A DNA stretch of 64,000 nucleotides from Limosilactobacillus sp. (GCF_051873075.1 NZ_JBJEEM010000079.1:9213-73212), one strand, 5' to 3'; positions 10,351 through 21,326 are shown, counted from the first letter of the stretch. Program-made: numbers and translations. Notes: a model not told the origin generated them from the sequence alone.

Positions 10351-10797
10351 TTACTTTTCCTGATCGTCAGTCTGGCTGGCAGCGGAATCGGCAGCCTGGT
10401 CATCTTCAGCAGCTGGTTGGGCACTCTCAGCAGAAGAAGCTGGGGCACTGGATGCTGCCGGTTGGTCAGCCGCTGCCTTGTCGGCGTTCTTGGCACTAAC
10501 GACCCGGGCAATCGCAACCATGTCAAAGGTCAGGTAGATCCCTTCACAATCCAGGGTTACCGTCCGGTCAGCCTGGTTGATTGAGTCAATCTTACCGTGG
10601 AGACGGCCAATGGTAACAACCTCATCCCCAGGGTGCAGGTTGCTCATCATGTCCTGGTGCTGCTTCCGCTGCTTTTGTTGCGGCCGAATCATGAAGAAAT
10701 ACATTAAGGCAATCATCAACAGAATCAGAATGATTCCAGAGTAACTACTTGCTCCGGCGTTGGCAGCGCCTAAAATTCCAAAAGTTAAACTATTCAC
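10351..10797 (-). CDS. yajC: Preprotein translocase subunit YajC with long Ala/Asp/Ser/Gln-rich C-terminal tail
   Basis: One TM segment, then IRPQQKQRKQHQDMMSNLHPGDEVVTIGRLHGKI, which is typical YajC. About 48 extra low-complexity residues follow. Confidence 0.85.
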   Translation of the reverse strand: MNSLTFGILGAANAGASSYSGIILILLMIALMYFFMIRPQQKQRKQHQDMMSNLHPGDEVVTIGRLHGKIDSINQADRTVTLDCEGIYLTFDMVAIARVVSAKNADKAAADQPAASSAPASSAESAQPAAEDDQAADSAASQTDDQEK

Positions 10798-10860
10798 AGT
10801 ATATCCATCCCTTCAAAAATACTCATCAATAACTGTAACAAACTTTATTATAAAAAGCCA

Positions 10861-11934
10861 CTACTGGTCGCATGGTTCAGCAAATTTACGCAGCATGGCG
10901 GTGGCCTGTCCAGCAGTGATCATGTCCCGTATCTGCGCAACTAATCGGTTAATGGTGAACAGGTTGTGCATAAGCAGGTAGCGTTCCCCCACCGGTTGGG
11001 CGGTCGCCAGCAGGTGATGGATGGCGGCGCGGGAAATGCCAGCCGAACAGGTTGGACACCCGCATCCGGCGGCCAGCGGCTGATCCGAGTCAGCAAACTT
11101 TTCCCGATCGAGGTGAAGGCGGTCCGTGCCGACCAGCGCATTTCCCATGGTGGCTTCACGTCCCGCCAGGTCACTGTCGATCAGGTCGATCCCCGCCAAC
11201 ATCATGGCAATCAGCTGGTGGAGGTCGCCAGGCGTCGGCAGGTAGCGCAGCTTAGGTGCATCCAGCATGCCAACCACCTCCGTGACCAGCCGGACCTGCT
11301 CACTCATCGGCACATCCGGAGTAACTCCCATGATGCTGTAGCCGGTAACGGTCGTTGGAATGGCAGCCAAGCTGGCCCGCCGGACCCGTAGCAATCCACC
11401 ACCTACAACTGGCGCCAGGTCCCCGGCGAGCGCTGGTCGGGCGGCCAGCCAGCGCGCGTTTTGCTCGGCCGCAGCGTTAAGGTCATCAACCGGGGCAAAG
11501 TAGTCGGCGTCACGGACAAAGCCCTGTGTAATATCGGCCCCCAGGTGCTCCTGCTCGTTGATGGCATCTTGCGGAGTATAGAACAGCAACTGGCCGCTTG
11601 CGGGATCGTGAAAGCTGACCCCGTCCTGCTTGCGTCCCCGCGGCTTGGCCCAGCGGTAGGCCTGTTCAGACCCGGCGGCGGTGACCAGCACCCCAGGCCA
11701 GGCCAGCAGGTCATGCAAGTCCCCAAAATTGTCGGTCAAGCGCCAGTAATCTAGGGCATCCTGCTTAACAGCTTGGACACCGCAATTTCTGAGCTCAACT
11801 GGGGTCAGCGTGGTCAGGGCACTGCCGGTCTGCACAATGGCCGGGGTCGCTATGTGCCGATCATTGACCGTCACCGTCCCGGACCGCATTGACTGTTCGC
11901 GATGGTTTATCTGAAATGTTAACTTCTTACTCAT
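10861..11934 (-). CDS. tRNA-guanine transglycosylase (Tgt) family protein, active-site-divergent
   Basis: Tgt-like over its whole length, with a CGCPTC...HH zinc motif, GIDLID, and YLLMHNL. However, TDSGGFQ is replaced by TAAGSEQ and AFDEC by GFVRD. The ATG at 11949 overlaps the ruvB stop (ATGA). I prefer the ATG at 11934 (MSKKLTF) because it has a GAAGGA SD. Confidence 0.6.
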   Translation of the reverse strand: MSKKLTFQINHREQSMRSGTVTVNDRHIATPAIVQTGSALTTLTPVELRNCGVQAVKQDALDYWRLTDNFGDLHDLLAWPGVLVTAAGSEQAYRWAKPRGRKQDGVSFHDPASGQLLFYTPQDAINEQEHLGADITQGFVRDADYFAPVDDLNAAAEQNARWLAARPALAGDLAPVVGGGLLRVRRASLAAIPTTVTGYSIMGVTPDVPMSEQVRLVTEVVGMLDAPKLRYLPTPGDLHQLIAMMLAGIDLIDSDLAGREATMGNALVGTDRLHLDREKFADSDQPLAAGCGCPTCSAGISRAAIHHLLATAQPVGERYLLMHNLFTINRLVAQIRDMITAGQATAMLRKFAEPCDQ

Positions 11935-11945
11935 CGATTCATCCT

Positions 11946-12962
11946 TCATTTTTTCGTCGGGTAACTAATCCCCAGGTGCTGATAGGCGGCTGGGGTAACG
12001 ACCCGGCCGCGCGGGGTCCGGCTAATAAAACCAATCTGCAGGAGGTACGGTTCATACATTTCCTCAATCGTGTTGGTTTCCTCACCAATATTGGCAGCAA
12101 TGGTCTTCAGGCCGACCGGACCGCCATGATAGTAGTTGATCATCGTCAACAACATCTTCCGGTCAATCCCATCAAGCCCCCGCTGGTCTACCTGAAGCAG
12201 GTCGAGGGCCTTGCTGACCGTGTCGGAGTCAATACTGGGCTTCCCAGCAACCTGGGCAAAGTCGCGTACCCGTTTGAGCAGCCGGTTGGCAATCCGTGGG
12301 GTTCCCCGTGACCGCATTGCCAATTCATGAGCCCCCTCGTCCTCGATATGGGTATTGAAAATCTTGGCCGAGCGGAAAATGATCTGCTTGAGTTCATCCT
12401 GGTTATAGTAATTCATGTGTTCAACAATCCCGAAGCGATCCCGCAATGGTGCGGACAGCATTCCGGCACGCGTCGTGGCCCCGATTAAAGTAAAGGGCGG
12501 CAACGGGAAGTGGACCGGGTGCGCGGTTGGCCCCTCGCCGACCACGATATCGATGTAATAGTCTTCCATTGCCGAGTAGAGCATTTCCTCCACTACCTTG
12601 GGCAGCCGGTGAATTTCATCGATGAAGAGGACGTCCCCCGGTTTCAACTCGTTTAACATGGCCACCAGGTCTCCTGGCTTTTCGATCGCCGGTCCGCTAG
12701 TGGTCTTGATACTAACCCCCATCTCGTGGGCAATTACCATCGCCAGGGTCGTCTTCCCCAGTCCCGGCGGCCCGTACAGCAAGACATGGTCTAAAGCTTC
12801 CTCACGTGCCTGAGCGGCTTGGATATAAACGCTCAGTTCATGCTTGATCTTCGCCTGACCGATGTAGTCTTGCAGGCGCTGGGGACGCAGGGTCAGTTCA
12901 ATCTGCTCCTCTGTATCATCTTGCGATTGATCGGACATCAATCCATGATCCTCAGCCATCAA
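11946..12962 (-). CDS. ruvB: Holliday junction branch migration helicase RuvB
   Basis: 338 aa with Walker [18 protein letters not shown] and the RuvB C-terminal domain. Confidence 0.97.
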   Translation of the reverse strand: MMAEDHGLMSDQSQDDTEEQIELTLRPQRLQDYIGQAKIKHELSVYIQAAQAREEALDHVLLYGPPGLGKTTLAMVIAHEMGVSIKTTSGPAIEKPGDLVAMLNELKPGDVLFIDEIHRLPKVVEEMLYSAMEDYYIDIVVGEGPTAHPVHFPLPPFTLIGATTRAGMLSAPLRDRFGIVEHMNYYNQDELKQIIFRSAKIFNTHIEDEGAHELAMRSRGTPRIANRLLKRVRDFAQVAGKPSIDSDTVSKALDLLQVDQRGLDGIDRKMLLTMINYYHGGPVGLKTIAANIGEETNTIEEMYEPYLLQIGFISRTPRGRVVTPAAYQHLGISYPTKK

Positions 12963-12974
12963 ATCGCCTCCTTA

Positions 12975-13568
12975 TTAGTTAATCATCGTCAATGCCTGGC
13001 TCAAGTATTCCTGGGTCGTAGTGGCATCGGTCTTAAGCAACTGTTTCTTGATCCGCTTAACCTCACGTTCCTTATAGCCCAGGGCCGATAATGCTGCCAG
13101 GGCATCCCGCAGTGCCGGGGCCTCTTCGTCCGGCAGGTCGGCCGGAGTCAGCAGCGGTGTACTGGTCATGTCGGCCACCTTGTCTTTTAAGTCCAGGACA
13201 ATCTGGGAGGCCGTCTTCTTGCCGATTCCCGGGAACTTGGTCAAATAGCCCACGTTATCGTTAGCGATCGCATCGATCAGCCCCTGATGGTCAGGGTTGG
13301 CCAGGATCGCCAGAGCACTCTTGGGGCCGATCCCGGAAACATTGATCAGCTGCAAGAAGAGCTGCTTTTCGGCCCGGTCAACAAACCCGAAAAGGGAAAT
13401 GTTGTCATCACGGACTGCCTGGTAGACGTAAATCCGCACCCGCTTTTCCGCATCTTCTTGGAAACGGTAAGGATTGGCCACGAACAGCTGGTAGCCGATC
13501 CCCCCAACTTCCAGCACGACATACTGGGGGGTCACACTCGTAACCAGCCCCGTCAAATATTCATACAT
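12975..13568 (-). CDS. ruvA: Holliday junction DNA-binding protein RuvA
   Basis: 197 aa with MYEYLTGLV...GIGYQL and HhH motifs ([19 protein letters not shown]). Confidence 0.95.
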   Translation of the reverse strand: MYEYLTGLVTSVTPQYVVLEVGGIGYQLFVANPYRFQEDAEKRVRIYVYQAVRDDNISLFGFVDRAEKQLFLQLINVSGIGPKSALAILANPDHQGLIDAIANDNVGYLTKFPGIGKKTASQIVLDLKDKVADMTSTPLLTPADLPDEEAPALRDALAALSALGYKEREVKRIKKQLLKTDATTTQEYLSQALTMIN

Positions 13569-13587
13569 TGATTCAACCTACTTTTCA

Positions 13588-15618
13588 CTAAAATTCATGA
13601 TCATCAAAATCGGCGGCAAACGGCGTATGACTGTCCTGAATCCGTTTAAACATCTTCTCCAGATCCTGGTCATTGAAGTGGACCGTCACCGGCCGCCCAT
13701 GGGGACAGTTGAAGGGGTTTTCGCACTGGGGAAGCCGCCGCAAGAGGGCCTTAGCCTCCCGATCGTCGAGATGGTGGTTAGCCTTAATGGCCCGCTTGCA
13801 ACTCATCATGATGGCGGTCTTCATACGAAAGTCCCGCACGGTGATCTCGCCATCCTTGATCAGCCACTCAATCATCTCGCGGGCGGTATCCTCTTCCTGC
13901 CCTTCCTTGAACCAGGTCGGGTGGGACCGCAGGATAAAACTATTCTGACCAAAGGACTCCAGGTTTAACCCCACCCCGGCCAACGTGTCGAGGTGCTGGT
14001 TGATGGTCATCGCATCGACGGTCGAATAGTTAAGCACCAGTGGAACCAGGAAAGCCTGCTGAGCCGGGCTGACCTGTCCGATCTCCTTGCGGTAACGCTC
14101 ATAGTTAATCCGCTCCTGTGCGGCATGCTGGTCGACGATGTAAAGGCCATCCCCGGCCTGGGCCAGAAGAAAGGTCCCTTGCAACTGCCCAATATATTGC
14201 AGGTCGGGGAACCGTTTCTGGGCCCGGTCACTCTTGTCATGAACGTCCAACTCCAGGTTCTCTGCCGAGTGTACTGGCTGGGTCGGTAATGAAGTAGCCA
14301 CCGGCCGACCAAAGGGCTGGGCATCCGCCTCATCTTGGTAGCGCTGGTCAAATGCCTGCATGGCCGGGCTCGTCAATTCCGCGGCACGATGGATGACGAC
14401 TGGTTTTGCCACCTGGCTATCATCTGCGTCGGCATCAGCCGGACCATCAGCAGGCCGACTGGCTGGCTGGTCTTCTTCGGGTGCCGCTTCGGCAGAATTT
14501 ACTATCCGGGGCGCTTTGCCAACTTGGTAGTTCCCGACCGCCTCATTCAACCGCTCGTCTAGTTCGGCAACGTCTGCCGCACTGGGCCCAAACTGGTCTG
14601 GGCTGACGTCAGGAATCAGGTTTTCACTAGCAATTCGCTGCCGAATCGTCTGCGCGATCAGCTTGGTCAGCTGGTCTTCCTTGCTTAGCCGGACCTCCCG
14701 CTTGGCTGGGTGCACATTAACGTCCACTAAGACCGGATCCAGGTCGATGTTGACCACCGCGATCGGGTAACGGCCAACCATTAATTTCGACTCATATCCC
14801 TGGATGATGGCCTTGGTCAGTTCAAAGTTGCGAATGTAACGATGGTTGATCGTCAAGGTGATGTATTGCCGTGAGGCCCGGGTCAATTCGGGCAGGGATA
14901 CGAACCCGGTCACCTTGAAGTCATCATCTTGGCCCGTAATCGACAACATCTTTCGGCCGGCCTTGATCCCATAGATTGCTGCAATAACCTGTTGAAGGTT
15001 GTCATTGCCGGCGGATCGAAAGATTTCCTTGCCATTATGGGTAAAGCTGAAGGCCACACCCGGGTTAGCCAGAGCCAAGCGGTTGATGATATCGGTGATC
15101 CGGGTCAGCTCCGTCTGCGGTGACTTGAGATACTTCAGCCGGGCCGGCGTGTTAAAGAAGAGGTCTTTGACCCGCACGTCGGTCCCCTGCCGCGCCGGCG
15201 CCGGTTTCTCGTCCATGGTCTTTCCACCGTGAATGTGGATCTGTGTTCCCTCATCCTGACCAGCCTGGGCTGTCACCAGCTCGACATCGGCCACGGAAGC
15301 AATACTGGGCAGGGCCTCACCACGAAAGCCCATCGTCTGCACCTTGAACAGGTCCTTGCGGCTGGCGATCTTGCTGGTAGCATGCCGCCGAAAAGCCAGT
15401 GAAACATCATCGCTGGCAATTCCATCACCGTCATCGATTACCCGGATACTGTCAAGCCCCGAGTTCTCAGCAATGATATCAATCCGCTTACTGTGGGCAT
15501 CCAGCGAGTTTTCGACCAACTCCTTGACGATCGAGGCCGGCCGTTCAATCACTTCACCGGCCGCAATCTGGTTGGCCAGGACCGTGTCTAGTTCGTGAAT
15601 TTTCCCCAAGGTTTTCAC
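13588..15618 (-). CDS. mutL: DNA mismatch repair protein MutL
   Basis: 676 aa with a GHKL ATPase N-terminus (ANQIAAGEVIERPASIVKELVENSLDA) and C-terminal endonuclease motif DQHAAQERINYE. GTG start one nt after the mutS stop. Confidence 0.96.
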   Translation of the reverse strand: MKTLGKIHELDTVLANQIAAGEVIERPASIVKELVENSLDAHSKRIDIIAENSGLDSIRVIDDGDGIASDDVSLAFRRHATSKIASRKDLFKVQTMGFRGEALPSIASVADVELVTAQAGQDEGTQIHIHGGKTMDEKPAPARQGTDVRVKDLFFNTPARLKYLKSPQTELTRITDIINRLALANPGVAFSFTHNGKEIFRSAGNDNLQQVIAAIYGIKAGRKMLSITGQDDDFKVTGFVSLPELTRASRQYITLTINHRYIRNFELTKAIIQGYESKLMVGRYPIAVVNIDLDPVLVDVNVHPAKREVRLSKEDQLTKLIAQTIRQRIASENLIPDVSPDQFGPSAADVAELDERLNEAVGNYQVGKAPRIVNSAEAAPEEDQPASRPADGPADADADDSQVAKPVVIHRAAELTSPAMQAFDQRYQDEADAQPFGRPVATSLPTQPVHSAENLELDVHDKSDRAQKRFPDLQYIGQLQGTFLLAQAGDGLYIVDQHAAQERINYERYRKEIGQVSPAQQAFLVPLVLNYSTVDAMTINQHLDTLAGVGLNLESFGQNSFILRSHPTWFKEGQEEDTAREMIEWLIKDGEITVRDFRMKTAIMMSCKRAIKANHHLDDREAKALLRRLPQCENPFNCPHGRPVTVHFNDQDLEKMFKRIQDSHTPFAADFDDHEF

Positions 15619-15619
15619 C

Positions 15620-18274
15620 TCACTTCAGTTTTTCCTGCCATTGGTAAATCTGGTTCATTACTTCCATCGGGGTCATCCCCATCAAATTGAGTTCCTTGAG
15701 CTGGTGGAGGATCTTATCCCCCTTGTTTGACCGGGTCTTCTGTGGCGCTGGGGCAAACAGCTCCATCTGCCCGTTGGCATCCACCGCTGGTGCCGAGGCC
15801 GCACTAGCCGGCGCCGTACTTTCTTGAACCCGGTCAACTGATGATGAGGCCGGCTTTTCATAGTTGGCAGGGTGCTTGGCGGCCGGAGTCGGCAATGACG
15901 TCTCCTTGTTTTCCAGCTTTTGAAGAATCTGATCAGCCCGTTTCAACAGCTGGTCAGGCATTCCTGCCAGCTTAGCCACGTGGATCCCGTAAGACTTATC
16001 GGCCGGACCGGCGCTGACCTTATGAAGAAAGACCAGCTCACCGTTTTTCTCTGTTGCTCCCACGTGAACATTCTTCAAACGTGCGAGGGTGTCCTCCAGC
16101 GCCGTTAGTTCGTGATAGTGGGTGGAGAAGAGGGTCTTGGCCCGGACGTGCTGGTGAACGTATTCAATAATCGCTTGGGCCAGGGCCATCCCGTCGTAGG
16201 TGGCCGTTCCCCGCCCAATCTCATCGAAGAGGATCAGGCTGCGATCGGTCGCGTGGACCAGGGCGTTGTTGGCCTCCATCATCTCAACCATGAAGGTACT
16301 CTCCCCTGAAATCAGGTCATCGGCCGCCCCAATCCGAGTGAAAATCTGGTCAAAGATCGGCAATTCCGCCGACTTGGCCGGCACGAAGCACCCCATTTGC
16401 GCCATTACCGCCGTCAGGGCCAACTGGCGCATGTAGGTACTCTTCCCGGACATGTTGGGTCCGGTGATCAGTAGGATATCAGTCTGGTCGTCCATCATGA
16501 CGTCGTTGGGGACGTATTCCTGGTGTCCCATGAACTTCTCCACTACTGGGTGCCGGCCATCCTTGATCTTTAGGGTGTGGCCGGTGTTCATCTTTGGACG
16601 GACAAAGTGGTAGTCTTCGCTGACCACCGCAAAGCTCTGCAACACGTCCAGTTCGGACAGGGCCTGGGCCAATTTCTGCAACCGCTTGATCTCCTTTTTG
16701 ACCCGTTCCCGGATGTCAACAAAGAGGTCATACTCCAGCGCGGTGGACTTCTCCTGGGCGCCCATGATCAAGGCCTCCTTCTCCTTCAATTCGGGTGTGG
16801 AGAAGCGTTCGGCGTTCACCAGCGTCTGCTTGCGCTCGTAGCGATCCTTGGGAATCTTGGCGAGGTTGACCTTGGTAACTTCGATGTAATAACCAAAGAC
16901 GTGGTTGTAACCGATCTTCAGGTTGTTGATCCCGGTAACTTCACGTTCTTGCGCTTGGAGGTCGGCGATCCAACGTTTACCGTTATTCATTGCGTCCCGG
17001 TACTGGTCAAGCTGCTTGTTGTAACCGGTCTTGATCAGACCGCCATCCGTGACAGCAATCGGTGGATCAGCCACGATGGCCCGGTCAATCAGATCTGCGA
17101 CGTCGCTCAACGGGTCCAGGCGCTTGGTCAACGATTCAAAGACCGGCGAGTCCAGGGTCTCCAAGACATACTTGATCTTTGGCACCTGTTGGAGGGAGGT
17201 CTTAAGCTGAATCAAGTCCCGACCGTTGACGCTGCCGTACGCTACCCGGCCAGCCAGGCGCTCCAGATCGTACACCTTAATCAATTCCTGCTGGAGGTTG
17301 CTCCGTTCAAAGTAATGGTCCAGCAATTCCTGCACCTTGTCCTGGCGCTGATTGATCTGGTCCGGATCGATCAGCGGCCGGTCCAGCCAGCGCTTCAATA
17401 GCCGGCTCCCCATGGCCGTCTTGGTTTCATCCAACAGCCAGGCAAGGGTCCCCTGCCGCTTGCCGCTCCGCATGTTGGTCGTAAGCTCCAGGTTGGTCTT
17501 GGAGTAGTGGTCAATCTTCATGAAGGCACTCGGCCGGTATGCCACGGCCCGCTGCATATGCGCCAATGACCGCTTCTGGGTGGTCAGCAGGTAGGAGACT
17601 AGTAACGCCACCACGTGCTGTTGGCTCGACGCTTCCAGGTCCTGGGTCAGGTAGCTCACCTCGGCGTTCTTCAGAATCTCTGGCTGGTGCGACTGGAGGA
17701 TGTTGCGCTTGGTCAACTGATCGGTCAACTCTGCCGGCAACTTCCCGTCGACCACCGTCTCCTTGCTCCGCAGGTTGACCAATTCATTAATAATTGCATC
17801 AACACTGTCAAGGGTGGTGGTCTTCAGTTCGCCGGTCGAAAGGTCGGTATAGGCCAGATTAAAACGACCATCCTGGGTACTGATCGCCGTCAGGTAGTTG
17901 TTCTGTCGGGCCGCATCCCCAGTCAGGTCCATCTGGGTCCCGGGCGTGATCAGCCGGGTAACCGCCCGCTTGACCATTCCCTTGGCCTTCTTCGGGTCCT
18001 CCATCTGTTCACAGATGGCAACCTTGTAACCCTTGTCGATCAGAATGTCGACGTAGTTCTTCACTGCCCGGTGCGGAACTCCACACATTGGGATCGGGTT
18101 CTTGGCACTGTGGTTTCGCGTTGTCAGTGTCAGTTCCAACAATTGGGCACCCTTTACCGCATCATCGTTGAAAAGCTCATAGAAGTCGCCTAAACGATAG
18201 AACAGGAAGGCGTCCGGATACTGGTCCTTCACTTTTTGATATTGCTCCATCATCGGTGTCAGTTTCTTTGCCAC
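15620..18274 (-). CDS. mutS: DNA mismatch repair protein MutS
   Basis: 884 aa with [22 protein letters not shown], Walker [10 protein letters not shown] and DEIGRGT. Confidence 0.97.
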   Translation of the reverse strand: MAKKLTPMMEQYQKVKDQYPDAFLFYRLGDFYELFNDDAVKGAQLLELTLTTRNHSAKNPIPMCGVPHRAVKNYVDILIDKGYKVAICEQMEDPKKAKGMVKRAVTRLITPGTQMDLTGDAARQNNYLTAISTQDGRFNLAYTDLSTGELKTTTLDSVDAIINELVNLRSKETVVDGKLPAELTDQLTKRNILQSHQPEILKNAEVSYLTQDLEASSQQHVVALLVSYLLTTQKRSLAHMQRAVAYRPSAFMKIDHYSKTNLELTTNMRSGKRQGTLAWLLDETKTAMGSRLLKRWLDRPLIDPDQINQRQDKVQELLDHYFERSNLQQELIKVYDLERLAGRVAYGSVNGRDLIQLKTSLQQVPKIKYVLETLDSPVFESLTKRLDPLSDVADLIDRAIVADPPIAVTDGGLIKTGYNKQLDQYRDAMNNGKRWIADLQAQEREVTGINNLKIGYNHVFGYYIEVTKVNLAKIPKDRYERKQTLVNAERFSTPELKEKEALIMGAQEKSTALEYDLFVDIRERVKKEIKRLQKLAQALSELDVLQSFAVVSEDYHFVRPKMNTGHTLKIKDGRHPVVEKFMGHQEYVPNDVMMDDQTDILLITGPNMSGKSTYMRQLALTAVMAQMGCFVPAKSAELPIFDQIFTRIGAADDLISGESTFMVEMMEANNALVHATDRSLILFDEIGRGTATYDGMALAQAIIEYVHQHVRAKTLFSTHYHELTALEDTLARLKNVHVGATEKNGELVFLHKVSAGPADKSYGIHVAKLAGMPDQLLKRADQILQKLENKETSLPTPAAKHPANYEKPASSSVDRVQESTAPASAASAPAVDANGQMELFAPAPQKTRSNKGDKILHQLKELNLMGMTPMEVMNQIYQWQEKLK

Positions 18275-18395
18275 TAATTCTCACCTCATTAAAAATTCAC
18301 TAATCAAATAATACGGCAACTCTTTATTTTTGCGCGTTTGACACATAGTTCAATTATATTTTCTGCCCCCATCCGGTGCAAGAAAAACAGCACAA

Positions 18396-18429
18396 ATAAA
18401 AAAGAACTGGGGACTTTCCCCAATTCTTT
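18396..18429 (-). terminator. Intrinsic terminator after rny
   Basis: Minus-strand hairpin gaauugggg-aaagu-ccccaguuc followed by UUUUUU. Confidence 0.7.
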
Positions 18430-19984
18430 ACTTAGCGTAGTCTACTGCGCGTACTTCTCGAATAACCGTTACCTTGATGTGGCCCGGATACTCAAGCTGT
18501 TGTTCAACCTGCTGCTTGATATCATGGGCCAAAGTAGTAGCTTGTAAGTCCGAAATTTTCTTCGGCTTGACGATTACCCGCAGTTCACGACCAGCTTGAA
18601 TTGCGTAACTATGGTCAACACCATCGTAATTATTTGCTATGCTCTCCAGTTTCTTCAAACGCTGGATGTACTGCTCAAGCGACTCGCTCCGGGCACCAGG
18701 CCGGGCACCAGAAATGGCGTCCGCTGCCTGAACCAGCACCGCAATGATGGAGGTTGGGGCAACATCCCCATGGTGTGAAGCGATCGTATTGATGACTACC
18801 TTATTTTCCTTATACTTACGGGCCAGTTCAACACCTAATTCCACGTGGGAGCCGTCAACTTCGTGGTCAACCGCCTTCCCAATATCGTGGAGAAGGCCGG
18901 CACGCTTGGCTAAGGTGACATCCTCACCGAGTTCAGCTGCCATGATTCCAGCCAGCTTAGCCACTTCGATCGAGTGGTTAAGGACATTCTGACCGTAACT
19001 GGTCCGGTACTTCATCCGCCCAACCGTCTTGATCAGGTCCGGGTGCATGGAGTGAATCCCCAGATCAAACAGGGCCTGCTCACCAGTTTCCCGGAGCTGG
19101 GCATCCATTTCCTTACGGGCACGCTCAACTGCCTCTTCAATCCGCGCTGGATGAATCCGACCGTCTTGAATCAACTTCTCCAAAGCAATCTTTGCAATCT
19201 CCCGACGAACGGGATCAAACCCACTGAGGACCACGGCTTGCGGAGTATCGTCAATGATCAGGTCAATCCCCGTCAAGGTCTCCAGGGTCCGGATGTTCCG
19301 GCCCTCGCGGCCAATGATCCGGCCCTTCATGTCGTCGTTCGGCAAGTTAACCACCGAAACAGTGGCCTCGGAAACCACATCAGCGGCACTGCGCTGGATA
19401 GCCTCAACAATCAGTTTCTTGGCATTCCGGTCAGCGGCCAATTCCGCCTCCTGTTCACTGTCTCGAATCATCACTTCACGTTCAGTCTTCAACCGCTCTT
19501 TCATTTCACGCAACAATTGCTCTTTGGCATCATCATGAGTCATCTCGGCAACCTTTTCTAATTCTTGTTGCCGTTGTTCTACTAATGCCGTTGCCTTTTT
19601 TTGTGATTGATGAAGTTGTTCCGTCCGTTGGTCAAGCTTATGCTCACGAGCACCAACCGTGTTTTCCCGCTTTTCAAGGGCATCATCCTTGCGGTCAAGC
19701 GATGTTTCACGTTGCAAAAGCCGGTCCTCCTGGCGCTGAATCTCGTTGCGCCGCTGCTTGAGTTCTTCCTCAACGCTTTCGCGATAGTGGTGGCTTTCCT
19801 CCTTGGCCTCTAGGATGGCTTCCTTTTTCGCCGTCGCTGCTTTTTTCTTAGCGTCTGTAATAATTCCCTCGGCGTCCTGGTGGGCCTCCTTGATCTGTTT
19901 TTCATAGGAGGCCTTACGGACTGCATAGCCGATAATAATCCCGACAACCATAGCAAGCGCGGCGAAAATTAATAAATTCATCAT
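18428..19984 (-). CDS. rny: Ribonuclease Y
   Basis: 518 aa with an N-terminal TM, a coiled-coil, a KH domain ([12 protein letters not shown]) and an HD domain (LLHDIGKA). Confidence 0.96.
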   Translation of the reverse strand: MMNLLIFAALAMVVGIIIGYAVRKASYEKQIKEAHQDAEGIITDAKKKAATAKKEAILEAKEESHHYRESVEEELKQRRNEIQRQEDRLLQRETSLDRKDDALEKRENTVGAREHKLDQRTEQLHQSQKKATALVEQRQQELEKVAEMTHDDAKEQLLREMKERLKTEREVMIRDSEQEAELAADRNAKKLIVEAIQRSAADVVSEATVSVVNLPNDDMKGRIIGREGRNIRTLETLTGIDLIIDDTPQAVVLSGFDPVRREIAKIALEKLIQDGRIHPARIEEAVERARKEMDAQLRETGEQALFDLGIHSMHPDLIKTVGRMKYRTSYGQNVLNHSIEVAKLAGIMAAELGEDVTLAKRAGLLHDIGKAVDHEVDGSHVELGVELARKYKENKVVINTIASHHGDVAPTSIIAVLVQAADAISGARPGARSESLEQYIQRLKKLESIANNYDGVDHSYAIQAGRELRVIVKPKKISDLQATTLAHDIKQQVEQQLEYPGHIKVTVIREVRAVDYAK

Positions 19985-20064
19985 TTCACCTCCGCTTCAA
20001 CTATTCTGTTGTTGGTTAATTAAATTAATTTCACCGTGTCATGTTAAAACATCACACAAATTAA

Positions 20065-20093
20065 ATTTTAAGCTTGCCCAACATGGGTGTCAA
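20065..20093 (-). promoter_or_regulatory. Promoter-like element upstream of rny
   Basis: Minus strand TTGACA-17 nt-TAAAAT. Confidence 0.55.
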
Positions 20094-20114
20094 CCATTGA
20101 ATATGTCCGAAGTT

Positions 20115-20152
20115 CAAAAAAGAAAAGGACCGGCTGATGTCGCCAATCCTTT
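20115..20152 (-). terminator. Intrinsic terminator after recA
   Basis: Minus-strand hairpin ggauuggc-gacauca-gccggucc (two G-U pairs) followed by UUUUCUUUUUU. Confidence 0.65.
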
Positions 20153-20164
20153 AATCAAGCAGGC

Positions 20165-21238
20165 CTAATTCTTGCTTGCCTCTTCAATTGTTTCTTGCTT
20201 CTGGTCACCGTCGTGGTCTTCACCGTCAGCAGTCTTGGTGTTCTCAAGCGGCGCCATCCCGTAGGCCACCCGCACCTTATTCATCAACTCGGCCATCTGG
20301 TCAGGATGGTCGGCCAACCACTTCTTGGCGTTTTCACGACCTTGGCCAATTCGCTCGCTGCCATAAGAGTACCAAGCACCGCTCTTGTTGACCAAGTCCT
20401 TTTCAACTGCCATATCCAGCAATTCACCGGTCTTGGAAATTCCTTCACCGTACATGATGTCGACCTCGCAACGCTTGAACGGCGGCGCTACCTTGTTCTT
20501 GACGATCTTGACCTTCGCCCGGTTACCGATGACGTCAGTCCCGTTCTTGATCTGTTCGGCCCGCCGAATCTCCATCCGGATCGTCGAGTAGAACTTCAGG
20601 GCCCGACCACCAGTCGTAGTCTCGGGATTACCGAACATTACCCCAACCTTTTCACGAATCTGGTTGATGAAGATAGCAATCGTCTTGGTCTTGTTGATCT
20701 CACCAGACAGCTTCCGCAAAGCCTGAGACATTAAACGAGCCTGCAGACCAACGTGGGCATCCCCCATCTCACCTTCGATTTCAGCACGAGGAACCAGGGC
20801 CGCCACGGAGTCCACTACGACCAGGTCAACTGCCCCACTGGAAATCAAGGCATCGGCAATCTCTAGTCCTTCTTCACCAGTGTCAGGCTGTGAAAGGAGC
20901 AGGTTATCAACATCAACCCCAAGGGCTTCCGCATATTGTGGATCCAGGGCGTTTTCGGCATCAATATAGGCTGCCGTACCACCCTGCCGCTGAACCTCCG
21001 CAACGGCATGCAAAGCCACCGTCGTCTTCCCAGAACTTTCTGGACCGTAGATTTCTACGATTCGGCCGCGAGGGTAGCCGCCAACCCCCAGTGCCTTATC
21101 AATTGCTAATGAGCCGCTGGAAATCGTCGCGATCTTCATATCGGCAGCGTCCCCCATCCGCATGATGGAGCCCTTGCCGAAATTCTTTTCGATCTTTCTG
21201 ATGGCAACATCTAGTGCTGCCTTTCGCTGATCAGCCAA
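20165..21238 (-). CDS. recA: Recombinase RecA
   Basis: Walker [10 protein letters not shown] and typical RecA sequence throughout. I place the start at TTG 21238 ([10 protein letters not shown], the usual RecA N-terminus), 9 nt after an AGGAGG SD (21248..21253). The ORF-track ATG at 21259 would place that SD inside the coding region. Confidence 0.93.
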   Translation of the reverse strand: MADQRKAALDVAIRKIEKNFGKGSIMRMGDAADMKIATISSGSLAIDKALGVGGYPRGRIVEIYGPESSGKTTVALHAVAEVQRQGGTAAYIDAENALDPQYAEALGVDVDNLLLSQPDTGEEGLEIADALISSGAVDLVVVDSVAALVPRAEIEGEMGDAHVGLQARLMSQALRKLSGEINKTKTIAIFINQIREKVGVMFGNPETTTGGRALKFYSTIRMEIRRAEQIKNGTDVIGNRAKVKIVKNKVAPPFKRCEVDIMYGEGISKTGELLDMAVEKDLVNKSGAWYSYGSERIGQGRENAKKWLADHPDQMAELMNKVRVAYGMAPLENTKTADGEDHDGDQKQETIEEASKN

Positions 21239-21311
21239 ATCAAAATTCCTCCTTTGCATCGAAATATCCGATAATTAATGATACCAGTTTTCCACAAAAA
21301 AACAAGAAAAA

Positions 21312-21325
21312 CGAACAACGGTTCG
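21312..21325 (-). promoter_or_regulatory. LexA (Cheo/SOS) box upstream of recA
   Basis: CGAACAACGGTTCG matches the Firmicute GAAC-N4-GTTC consensus. It lies in the 88-nt gap between the cinA stop and the recA start. Confidence 0.75.
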
Positions 21326-21326
21326 A

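Noticed and set aside
10941-11754. A cluster of five overlapping ORFs on both strands inside the tgt-like gene (10941..11174, 10966..11391, 11052..11255, 11403..11726, 11461..11754).
   Set aside because: They are Arg/Pro/Gly-rich translations of a locally GC-rich segment with no start signals. I take them as a symptom of the composition anomaly noted for the tgt-like gene, not as genes.
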